From the human T2T-CHM13v2.0 reference genome, Homo sapiens, in NCBI RefSeq assembly GCF_009914755.1, contig NC_060930.1: DNA of 64,000 nucleotides; one strand, 5' to 3'. Positions 44,818-62,839 of this stretch are shown here, one piece after another. The notes beneath the pieces are model-generated. The model was not told where the DNA came from. It saw only the letters and a list, made by a program, of their open reading frames with translations, and did no database searches. Position numbers and translations under genes: made by a program. Each line of letters starts with the position of its first letter. Positions within the stretch are counted from its first letter, which is position 1.

Positions 44818-46710
44818 TCTCCCCTCCTCCTAAAAAAGTGGTTTTTTAAAAATATGACTAAGGATGTTATCTTAACAACCCATCAATGAATATCCAACTG
44901 GACAGGCTCAAGGTCTTCTTGTACTGTATAAGCAACACTAGTTGCCTAGTAAGCCAGAAGATAAACAGTTTGGAAAGGCACATGAGTATCTGTGACTATT
45001 GCCAGAGAAAAGGTCAACCAATGGAAATCTAAGAGAAACAGTTTCAAAGGACTATTCAACTGAAGTGCCAAAGAAATCACAGCAATTGATCACACATCGA
45101 CTCAAATGTCAAAAAGAATTACTTTAAATAATTTGAAATATTTTATTTGTAGATTATATGAAGTATTTCCATAAGGAAAACATAGCCTATATCTGGAACA
45201 TACCACTTTTTTTTTCGCCTTCGTGAGTTTCACTTTTCTTCCACTTGTTTGCCTACTGGGTGGCCTTTTGAGTGCTTAATGCACACTAGACATGAGGCCT
45301 ATGAGGCAGGACAAAGAGACATATGATTTCCAGGTTTCTGGAACCCTGGAAACAAACTTACTTGTGTTTGTGGTAAAAATCATACTTCCAACGCTTATCA
45401 AGTTTAGCTAATCATGTTCCACTAAAACAAAATCAGAATCATCAGGTCCTATTGGATGATTTTTAACAGATAGGATGCAATTACAAGATTGTCAATATTT
45501 TTGAGAAGAAAATGACTCCTGAGAAAATGAAAGGGGTTCAAGTTTGAACAGTTGGTAGGAAAATATGTTACAACTGAAATTACATGTCTTAAAACAAGAG
45601 CAACGAGGCAAAACTGACTTTGTTCTTATCTAGTGGTGAGACATCACCAACGGGGTGACATTTAGTCACAGGCATGTTTGCTGCCATTGACAGTCCTAGA
45701 TATAACTGAATTCATTTAAGAAATGACAACTCTGGGAGAGTCAGCAAAATAGCAGTTTTCCACATGTTTATCTATTGAAGTATCTTCACCCTAAATAGAT
45801 GCTTTATGGGGGTTAGCATTGCTCATACCAAGCTGCTGCCCAGGGAGTGAGCACATGGTTGCTGATTAAGTTAAAAACAGTTGAGCCTCTTATATATCCA
45901 ACCAGAACTTCATCCGTTTTTGCCTGCACACGTGCACACACACAGTCATGCACACGTACCCCTCTCAAACCTGTTAGGGAGTATTTTTCTTTGAGGTGGC
46001 CCTTGATGATTATTTCAATCTAGTTCTACCTGTATAATTATGTTGGAACTATTGACCCATGGAATTAAGTGACTCAAGCAAATTATATCCTTTTATGAAA
46101 GCCCTTATTAAAAGTAGAGTGTAACATTGCAAAATAAAATAACCAAAAAAATTGACTTAATATGATCCATGAAATGAAAACTGTTAAAAATATTTGTATA
46201 TAGTATGTCTTATAATTTTAGATAAAACTCTTCAGACTAATAAGATTTAATATAATCACCTCCTTATTACAGCTCAGAAAGAAAGGAGAGCACTACAATC
46301 TCCACTGCATCTAACCGGGTATCTGGAAAGCATTTCTATCACAAAGGGACTAGCTGGATCAATTGGCTATCACTGGCTTCTGTGAAGGTGTGATATTATT
46401 GATAACACAACACTAAGATGAAATGAGATTTTGCCAACTATATCTGCAACATCTATTCTATGCAGTGCTTTTAAAGGCAATACCCTCATTTTAATTAACT
46501 TATCTGTAGTTCTACCTAGATATGAAAAAAAAGGAAGAAGAAACTGACGTAAACATCTGGAGGTAAGCACTTTGCCTATTAAATACAACAATGACAATGG
46601 TGATTGTGAATTATTCTGATGACAATGATAATTTCCAAATTATTATTTCATTGTTCTTAATGTTCCCCTGTGTTTAGGAGACTACTAGTTATGAACTCTC
46701 TAATACAGCA

Positions 46711-47233
46711 GGCCTCCCCAGATGCAGAAGCCACTATGCTCCATGTACAGCCTGCAGAACCATGAGCCAAATAAACCTCTTTGCTTTATAAATTACCCAG
46801 CTTCAGATATTTCTTAATAGCAATGCAAGGAATGGACTAATACACAAAACTATAGTACTCAATCAGGATATTGATATTGATACAGAAAAGAGTCTGTTCT
46901 GAGCATTTGCCAACTACATCTGCAACATCTATTCTATGCAATGCTTTTAAAGGCAATACTCTCATTTTTAATGTAACTTATCTGTAGTACTACTTACAGA
47001 TAATTTTGGGATCTGTTGTCATTTGTCTGTGTGTGATACTTGAAGATGATGAAACAAATAAGCACTGAAAAAATAAATGCTAAAGGGAAAATTTAGAAAT
47101 ATGTTTTAATGCTTAAGTAAAAAGCTTTGTTGTTGTTATGAACATGTGAGCTTCCGGTAGTGATTTAATAATGCAGACATAATTTCTTTTGGTGAAATAG
47201 TTTCTAAATTATACATTAAATATAGACACAGAT
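46711..47233. repeat. Composite local duplication: inverted copy of 47383-47567, direct copy of 46424-46522, direct copy of 48018-48262
   Basis: By-eye alignment. The two direct copies are ~91-93% identical to their templates, and the inverted copy includes the MST LTR end and its TSD. Confidence 0.85.
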
Positions 47234-47329
47234 GTAGCAGAAAGAAGATTCGAAAGTCTTTGATGCCTTTAGATATATTAGGGGAACTGGTCTTTTGGGG
47301 TCTGAGGGTGAAATAGAGCTTATAGGAAG

Positions 47330-47955
47330 TAAGTTGTCTTTAAAAGGGCAACATAATGGATCCCTATGTTGACTTTTTTAGTCAGACTCTTTTTTGTATC
47401 AATATCCTCATTGTAACACTGTACCATAGTTTTGTGTATTACTCCATTCTTACATTGCTGTTAAGAAACACCTGAAACTGGGTAATTTATAAAGAAAAGA
47501 GGTTTAATTGGCTCATGGTTCTGCAGGCTGCCTAGAAAGCATAGTGGGTTCTGCTTCTGGGGAGTCCTTAGGAAACTTACGATCATGGTAGAAGGCAAAG
47601 AGGGAGTAGGCATCTTACACAGCAGGAACAGGAGCAAGAGTTGAGGGAAGGTACTACACGCGTTTGAACGACCAGACCTCATGAGAACTTACTATCATGA
47701 GGACATTACCAAGAGGGATGGTGCTAAACTGTTCATGAGAAACGTGGTCCCATGATCCAATCACCTCCCATCAGGCCCCACCTCCAACACTGGGAATTAT
47801 AATTTGACGTGAGATTTAGTGGGGACACAGATCTGAACCATATCATTTTGTAAGATGTTACCATTGGGAGAAACTGGGCTAAGGGTCCATGGAGTCGCTC
47901 TGTATTATTTCCTAAAACTGCAGTGAATGTACAGTTTTCTCAAAATAAAAAGTTA
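47330..47955 (+). mobile_element. L1MC-like 3' end interrupted by an MST LTR
   Basis: aaaagggcaacataatggatccc...aagatgttaccattgggagaaactggg...ctcaaaataaaaagtt. Confidence 0.7.
47435..47845 (-). mobile_element. MSTA-like MaLR solo LTR
   Basis: tgtatta...catatca termini and TSD ttttg (47430-47434, 47846-47850). Confidence 0.9.
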
Positions 47956-48647
47956 AATAATAATTCCTAAATTTAAAGTTTAATTTAATTATGTTTTAAA
48001 CCTATAAATCTTTTCTCATACTTTTGGGATCAGCTGTCACTTGTCTGTGGGTGATACTTGCAGATGATGAAATAAATAAGCACTGAAAAAATAAATACTA
48101 AAGGGAAAATTTAGAAATGTGTTTCAATGCTTAAGTAAAATTATTTGTTGTTGTTATGAACATGTGAGCTCCCAGTAGTGATTTAATAATGCAGATATAG
48201 TTTCTTCTGGTGGAATAGTTTCTAAATATCTTCTAATTATACACATAAATATGGATAGAGATATAAAATTATAATCTCTGACATTAAAAAATCCTCTACC
48301 AGTAATAAGAAAATTTGGAAACTGGCTTAAGTTATTCTTCAGTCTTGTAAGAAAAAAGAATCAGTTTAGGTATTTTGGAGATCAATCCTCTGGCTGAGGA
48401 TGTCTAGAAGTGACAATAAGTATAAGCAAATTCTGCCTAGAGATATCAGACAGTTACTATGGTAGAATCAGAGGAAGTTTAGATGAGGTAAGTCCAGTAC
48501 TTGGGGCTACTTTTTTCAGTGGAGATACTTTATGATTGAAGAGAGAGCAACTTAGAGTTTGAGAGGCTGACCACTACTTTTGACATCTTTGAAGTTCTAC
48601 GGGATTGGTTAGAGTCCATAACTCATAAAGGGGAAGTGTATTAGAAG

Positions 48648-49010
48648 CATCTTAGTCTGTTGTGCCTGCTATAATAAAAAAATACCATAAGCTGAATGGC
48701 TTATAAACAGCAGAAATTTATTTCTCACAGCTCTGGAGACTGAGAGGTCCAAGATCAAGCCACCAGCAGATATGTCTGGTGAGGGCTGCTTCCTGTTTCA
48801 CTGATAGCCATCTTCTTGATGTAATCTCACATGGTTGAAGCGGTGAACAAACTCTCTGGGGTTTTGAAATATCAGCACTAATCCCCCCATTCATGAGAAC
48901 TCTGCCCTCATGATCTAATCACCTCCCAAAGGCCCCACCTCCAAACACTATTACATTATGAATTAGGATTCTACTTATGAATTTTGGAGGGAACAAAGCG
49001 TGCAGCTCAT
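48648..49010 (-). mobile_element. MLT1A-like MaLR LTR
   Basis: tggcttataaacagcagaaatttatttctcacagctctggagactgagaggtccaagatcaag... Confidence 0.8.
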
Positions 49011-49189
49011 TTCCAAACAGTTTTATTCCCTGAAATGGGATTGAGTTGATCTGCATTTCTAGTACCCAATTGCCCATGAGTGCTAGTGTTTTTAGGTGGC
49101 TGATAGAAGCCAATGTAAAAACTCTTTGGAGACAGATAATATCATCCTAGGCCTCAATTTATTTTGTAAGTGTAAGGACAAGTATATAA

Positions 49190-50110
49190 TAAAAAGATAG
49201 AGCCATACACTGAAAAAGATAATGCAATACAACTTAAAATAAACACAATCAATAGATAAAATAATAAATAATAGAACATATCTACCAGGGACCCAAATAT
49301 TAGAGTTATTAAAGACTTTAAAATAACTGATTATTATGTGCAAGGATATAAAAATATTTTTTGTGCATATATGTCTGTGCATGTATCAAGTAGAAATCCT
49401 AAAATCGGAAAACACAATAATTAAAATTAACAATTCAATGAGGCTGGGTGCTGTGGCTCACGCCTGTAATCCCAGAACTTTGAGAGGTCAAGGTGGGTGG
49501 ATCACGAGGTCAGGAGTTCAAGAGCAGCCTGGCCAAGATAGTGAAACCCTGTCTCTATTAAAAATACGAAAAAATTAGCAGGGCATGATCGCAGGTGCCT
49601 GTAATCCCAGCTACTCAGGGGGCTGAGGCAGGACAATCGCTTGAATCCAGGAGGTGGAGGTTGCAGTGAGCCTAGTTTGCACCACTGCACTCCAGCCTGG
49701 GTGACAGAGCAAGACTCCATCTCAAAAAAAAAAAGAATTCAATGAAGAGACAGCGAAGACAGAGAACAGCAAATTAGAAAGAGCTGAAGAGTGATTTAAT
49801 AAACTGAAAGCACATTAGACAGAAAATATCCAAAATAAAAGATGGAGAGAAAAAATGATGAAAAATGCACATGATACAGGATGAGATATAGAGAAAATAG
49901 TGAGGAGATACAATATGTGTATAACTGGAATTCCAGAAGCAGACGAGAAATAAAATGAAGCAGAAGTAATATTTGAAGATGTCAAGACTTAGATCACTCC
50001 AAAACAGATAAGAGCCATCAAGATAGAGTCAAGAAGCCCTATAAATGCCAGGAAGAATTTTTAAAATGTATAAAAAGTAATAAAGGAAAGAAAGAGTGAT
50101 AAAAGAGTAA
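49190..50110 (+). mobile_element. Ancient L1M ORF1 remnant (host of the Alu and L1PA7; resumes at ~55630-56000)
   Basis: A-rich ORF1-like sequence (ataactggaattccagaag...gcagaagtaatatttgaagat). Confidence 0.5.
49442..49735 (+). mobile_element. AluSg-like
   Basis: Full dimer, A-tail and TSD aattcaatga. Confidence 0.92.
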
Positions 50111-50117
50111 AGTAATA

Positions 50118-55629
<5,512 letters not shown>

Positions 55630-56019
55630 GAAATATGCTGAAAATTAAAGATGAGAAGAGAAAATAAAATCAGGCAGAGACAAATAAGAGATTACTTTCA
55701 AAGGAATAATGAAAAAATTGAGTTAACTTGACTACAGAAATAAGACAAGCCAGAGAAAAAGAAAAAAAATATTTAAAGTATTGAAAGGAAACAGCTGCTA
55801 ATTTAGAATCCTATAGCTTACAAATATGTTTTTAGAGTAAAAGTAAAATAACTTTCAGACAAATAAAACAAATAATTTACAACCCTCAGATCTGTACTAA
55901 AGGACACATTATAATGTGTTCAAGTGAAAAAACAAACAAATCACTACTATATGGAAACTCAGAGATACGGGAAGGAATAAAGAAGAGTAAAAAGGATACA
56001 TATGGGGTTAAATCTAAAG

Positions 56020-56204
56020 CATTGATTCTCAAATTTCAGTGTAAATTAGAATCATTCAAAGGACTGAGCAGAAAACTTTGTGAGTCTCTGAATTTTAGGG
56101 AGGATTTCTGATTCAATATGTCAGGCATGGGAGTTTACATTTCTAACAAGTTCTCAGGTAATTCTAATGCTGCTGGTCTGGGACCCACATTTTGGGAACC
56201 ACTG
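56020..56204. mobile_element. MER5A-like hAT-Charlie MITE
   Basis: TIRs cattgattctcaaa / tttgggaaccactg and the internal atttctaacaagttctcaggt motif. Confidence 0.8.
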
Positions 56205-56309
56205 AGGAATATTGGTTGTATAAAAAAAGGTGGAGTTTAAAATTTACATTAAATCACAATCTACTCGCATGTGAAAAATTATTTTTGTGTGACAACAGTT
56301 GCGCTGTCT

Positions 56310-57905
<1,596 letters not shown>

Positions 57906-58589
57906 TGTTTTAAAACATAAAGTACTTACTCTACTCATTTTAAATATAGCAGTAAACCAAACTTTTCTTTCTAGTTACTTGAAAACACCTGAAGTCCTTG
58001 ATTTAATTATTTTTCCAATAATGCTTTAATTAATACTTTTGTTTAGATAATTTATTCTCATATTCCAGTTCCTACATTACTTTGCATTAATTTGGCAAGG
58101 TAGATTAATATTGAATGAAAATCAAATGCTCTGATGTCATCTGAATAAACACCTTGTTTAATTTTAGATGGCTTCGTGTATTCATTTTGGTTTCAGAACT
58201 GAGTTCAAATGTATAAGTAGAGAGAGAATAACAGTATAATCACTAAAGTTTTGTAAATATGATTTAAAAATCTTATATATACCTAACTGACCTGCTCCAA
58301 CAATCCTACTGGGTGATAGAGACTATTTCTATCATATGTAGATATGTTAAAATAAATCTATTTGAAGCAATTCTGTTATTGGTAAATAATAAATAATAAA
58401 AATGTCATCCTTCAACCTTCAATACTGGTCATAACATATGCTGGGCCAAAAAATACATTTTATTTTATAAATTCCCTTAAAAATATAGTCTAATATGTCC
58501 ATCTCAGAGAACAAAATTAAACAACTGTTTTTTCATCAAGGTGAAAGATCTGAATTTTAACTTCACTTACAGGCTAACAAGTTAGCTGG

Positions 58590-59025
58590 CTGTAGTTTCA
58601 TGGATGCCGATGGAAGATGCAAAACTCTTGGCTTCGAGATAAAGGATTTTGTCACTCAGGCATAGCGGGCAGTATGAGCATCTGCATATCTTGCATTGAC
58701 TGGTCCCCTGAGCTCTAATTCCCACAGATAGCTAAGAAAAGAGGATCAAGTGATACTGGCATAAACAATGGGTGGCATTACAGCAGAATAGCTCTGAGTT
58801 TAGGGAATTCAAATAAGCTTGCCTACCTTTTGGTCAGGAGAGAGATATCACAGCTTTCAAGGCTTTGTTTCAGATGGAGGTACTATCTCTATCTTCCAAT
58901 ATCTTCCAAGACTATTTACTGTACAAATACCCTTGAGAAGACAGTCTAGAAAAAAGGGCAATTAGTGCCTTGGTCATAAGACAGGTAGAAACACAACGGA
59001 TCCAGGGAGAATTGTCTCTCCATGT
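58590..59025 (-). mobile_element. LTR40-like ERVL solo LTR
   Basis: The reverse complement begins gagacaattctccctggatc...ttggaagatagagatagt, as in the LTR40 family. Confidence 0.65.
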
Positions 59026-59301
59026 TGGTGATGACTAAAACTTCTTCATACAGTTGATACGAAACATAAATTTTCTTCAACCTCTAAAATATTAGAAAAA
59101 ATGATTTTTTCAAATGTTTTAAAATGAGAACCAAAAATTTAACAGTTCACATTGCATTCAGCATGCTTGAGAAAGTCATAATCACTTAAAATCCTAGAAG
59201 GACCTTATATATAGTGCATATATATAACACACATATACACACACTTAAGTGGTTTATTTTCTGCCTTCCCCATTTAAAACATAAATTCCTTGACAATAAT
59301 G

Positions 59302-59303
<2 letters not shown>

Positions 59304-59330
<27 letters not shown>
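59304..59330. repeat. (TG)13 microsatellite
   Basis: Perfect TG dinucleotide run. Confidence 0.95.
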
Positions 59331-59333
<3 letters not shown>

Positions 59334-60219
59334 TTATTGTCTTATTCGGGTTCCTACATTAATTTGCATTAATTTAATTAATAAATGCTCTAGCTCTACC
59401 ATACAACCCTTTTCCTTCTTTCTTTTTATCAACACCATCGCCATGAGAAGAGCAAAAACAAGTGTGCCTGTATTTTGAGGGTTCTCATAGTCATCAACAT
59501 TGAAAATGACAAGATAAGAAATGTCAAGATAAGAAAATGACAAAATTTGCTTATCTTCAAGACCACCTCCTATACACAGAATGCAGAAAAATGCCCCACA
59601 CCTCGTGGAACTCAGTAAATATTAGTTGCATTGAATTAACTTCAATTCAAGACCCCATTCTACAGTTTATAAAGTCAAAAGTTGCTCTTAGTAACACGCT
59701 CAGTAATATGTGCTGTGTTTTGAAAATAGAAAATATCCCTTTTCCTCAAATCCATAGATAGTCATATTAAGCGCAAGGACTTCTGTTTATTTATAATGAT
59801 TCTCATATACAGATGCATACAACTGAAGGAAGGATGGTATGTGTTTCCAGAAATATTTGCTTTATGATGAGATATGAGTGAAGTTCCTATTTTTTTCTTC
59901 CTTTGAGAATTATGTTTTTATTATCATTTACCCTAGTGCTCATTTTCATCCTCTTCAACAGAAATTTAGCAGGGAGACTGGTTGAAAAACTATTCATATA
60001 AGTTCCTCCGGAGGCTTAATCGTCAGTACATTGTCTTGGAACCACTCTGGTGTTTTCTAAATTAAATATCTCTGTCTACAACAAATGCGAAAAGTACAGA
60101 ATGTTTCCGTACTCCTTCTACATCAAAATTGCCTCCTACAGGAACGAGAAAATGCGTGTCAATGTGAATTACCGTCTACAACAGCTACTCTCCAGGCTGA
60201 TCTGGGGTCTTGCACACAA

Positions 60220-61000
60220 AGGGCGAAGAGAGGGGCGTGGGGAGGCTGGAAAGCATGGTTGCCCCGCCTGGCCCGGCGACGCCCGCTCAGCAGCCTGCTG
60301 AGGAGTGGGGACGAAGAGCAGCCTAAACTTAGGGCTCGGGATATTTCGATGCCACCCAAATTGCCGTCCTACCCCAACGAGGCAGGGAAAGGAGCGGAGC
60401 GCGCGCGCGAGCTGAGTGAGTGCTTACGTCGCAGCGAGATCTGTGCTGGGATAATTAGAGAGGAGTTGGGCTGAGCCGAGTCCTCTTTCAGCAGCAGCAG
60501 CCGGAGCCGCCGCCGCAGCCCGGTGGGGCAACCCTGACTCGGACCGCTCGGGAGAGCCCCAGGAGAGGCCAGCGCCGCGCAGCAGCCGCCCCGCTGCGCC
60601 CACCTCCCCGGCTGCTCCCGGAGGGCTCACAAAGGCGGTGGCCGCCCGAGTGGCCTTCTCCATCCAGGCGTTCGCGTCCTCCTCCCCACCTTCTCTCCCG
60701 AAGGCGAAAATGGCAGGGCCAGGCGAGAACCTGGGACAGCGGTGGCCCTAGCCCTGCGATCCTCACCCCTCCTGCTGGGAGAGGCTGCGGGCTGCCCGCG
60801 GACGATGTGGCCGCGGCTGCTCCCGAGCGCATCTTCGGCCCGGGTCCCCGCCGCCACCCCTCTTCTCTGCTCCTTCCATCCCGCCCAGAGGAGTTGATGC
60901 CGCTGTCGCCGCCGCCGCCGCTGCTGAAGCCGCGGCTGATGGATGCCAGGGAGTGCCGCATTGCTTAGCGACCCCGCCTCTGGGTTTGCTGGTAGGAGCG
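60220..61000. promoter_or_regulatory. CpG island / CLVS2 promoter
   Basis: Abrupt shift from AT-rich, CpG-poor DNA to high GC with dense CpG, a GC-box-like GGGGCGTGG (~60232), a (GC)n run (60399-60408) and GCC/CAG tracts, directly upstream of the CLVS2 exons. Confidence 0.9.
60480..60991 (+). other. CLVS2: Probable non-coding exon 1 of CLVS2 (5' boundary approximate)
   Basis: GC-rich sequence inside the CpG island, ending at a donor-like CTG|GTAGGA (60991/60992). The TSS cannot be fixed from sequence alone. Confidence 0.5.
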
Positions 61001-61463
61001 GCTGCTCTTTCTTCTTTCTTGCTTTGGGGTTTTATAGAAAAGATAAGGACATTTTTATTTTATTCTTCACAACGTCCTCCCCTTCTCTTCGTTTTTGAAA
61101 TGTGCATTCCCAGAGATATCCCCGGTCCCCTCCCTCCCCCTCCCCCCTTTTCTCCAACCCCGCGGCAAGTCCGTGGAAATGAAGGGCTAGAGGAAGGCAG
61201 AAGTTGGGGGTGGGGTTGGGGGAGCCCACGCTGGTACCAACGCCACCAGAACCCCTGCTGGTGCCTTATGAGATCACGGTGTATCTCAGAGGGGTGGTGG
61301 GAAGGTGCGCTATCTGCAGAGTCTTCACCTAATTGGATCACAATAATCTTAAATAAATCACACAAATTTGTCTTTTAAAAATAGCGTCTTTGAATAAGTA
61401 GAGGGAGAAATAATCTCCTTTCTCCCCCCTCTTTCTCTCTGTCTCTTTTTCTTTCTGGCAAAG

Positions 61464-62022
61464 ATGATCTCTCTCCGCCCTGGAGCTCAGCGCTGAAGAG
61501 CTACCTTATTATTAATCAGAATTTCCATCGCCACCCCTGGCAGGCGTATCCTTCAGCAGGGACCGCAGGAACATTCACAGTGCAGGGGCTGAGATGTGCG
61601 TGGGGGTTGTTTTTGTTACATCTTGGAAGAGAAGAGAAGAGGACAGTACCAAGATCAGAAACACCCGTGCTAGGTGGAATTAGGGGTGATTTGTTAGGAA
61701 AGAGAAAGGACAAGAAGAGGAGTGCGGAGCCCTTCAGGGGTTCACATCTCTTTAAAGGAAAGGAAAGAGGGAGCCAAAGTAGGGTGTTGTATTTTAGGGG
61801 GCAGAGGAAGAAGTTTACACCCCCCGGCCCCCCCAGCTTTGCTGGGGGAAAGCAGGAGCAACAGGGCACTTGATTGGACACCAAGATTATTAATTTCCTG
61901 TAGGGGAGAGGAAGCAGGCAGCAGGAGGTCTGGGGGCTGGAGTCTGGTGGTGGCAAGGACCAGGTTTGCTTTGGGACAGTCAACAAGGTCTTCTGAGGGA
62001 AAGCTCAGAGATAGGCAGAACA
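61464..62022 (+). other. CLVS2: 5' UTR part of CLVS2 exon 2
   Basis: A long polypyrimidine tract (~61414-61456) precedes AG at 61462-61463. The sequence runs from there to the ATG at 62023. Confidence 0.7.
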
Positions 62023-62411
62023 ATGACTCATTTGCAAGCCGGTCTCTCCCCTGAGACCCTGGAGAAAGCTCGCCTGGAGCTCAATGAAAACCCAGACACG
62101 CTGCACCAGGACATCCAGGAGGTGAGGGATATGGTCATCACCAGGCCGGACATTGGCTTTCTGCGCACGGATGATGCCTTCATCTTACGCTTCTTGCGGG
62201 CTAGGAAGTTTCATCACTTTGAGGCCTTCCGCCTCCTGGCGCAGTACTTTGAGTACCGGCAGCAGAACCTGGACATGTTCAAAAGCTTTAAGGCCACCGA
62301 CCCTGGCATCAAGCAGGCACTGAAGGATGGCTTCCCTGGGGGCCTGGCCAATCTGGACCACTATGGCAGGAAGATTCTAGTCCTTTTTGCTGCCAATTGG
62401 GATCAGAGCAG
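62023..62411 (+). CDS. CLVS2: Clavesin-2 first coding exon (N-terminal CRAL-TRIO-N region and start of SEC14/CRAL-TRIO lipid-binding domain); CDS continues beyond the window
   Basis: ATG at 62023 gives [63 protein letters not shown]...FAANWDQSR, recognisable as clavesin-2, including the SEC14-family [14 protein letters not shown] motif. It ends at a canonical donor CAG|GTAAAT after 62411 (389 coding nt, phase 2). Confidence 0.96.
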
Positions 62412-62809
62412 GTAAATCCTAAATCCAAACTTGTATTCTCCTTTTACTCTCCCATTTTCCAGAATTTACCCCGAGTAGTGTTATGGTTTTGTAGATTTGA
62501 TATTTTTGTTTATTTGGCTTGGAGAAAAGAGAAACAAACCAGGAGATGAGTTTTTGGTGGGCACCCTGGGAAGGGAGGAGGGCTTGTATTTTTACTTTTA
62601 AAACTTACTTCACTAACACCCACTTTCTACTGCAGCTTTAAGGTGCTACCTTAACCACGTTATTGCACAGAGATCTAAATCACTTAACTTGTAAATAAAG
62701 CTTCTCTATATGTTTCACCTTCTGAAAAAGTTTATTGGGCTGGATAAACCAGTAAGAAAATGGGGACAACTTTTCCTCCTTCTTCTTAAAAAAATTCTTA
62801 AACTAGACC

Positions 62810-62839
62810 CATCATCATTGTCATCATCATCATCATCAT
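62810..62839. repeat. (CAT)n trinucleotide repeat in the CLVS2 intron
   Basis: catcatcattgtcatcatcatcatcatcat. Confidence 0.85.

Noticed and set aside
46711-46844. Independent MST LTR insertion
   Set aside because: It carries the TSD and flank of the LTR at 47435-47845 in inverted orientation, so it is a local copy rather than a separate integration.
60050-62054. Many overlapping 60-157-aa ORFs on both strands around the CpG island
   Set aside because: Expected from stop-codon scarcity in GC-rich DNA. They are low-complexity Gly/Ala/Arg/Pro sequences with no recognisable domain.
61966-62415. The 149-aa ORF as a complete protein
   Set aside because: It begins at a TTG, and its stop lies in the intron just after the GT donor at 62412. 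The real CDS starts at ATG 62023 and is spliced.
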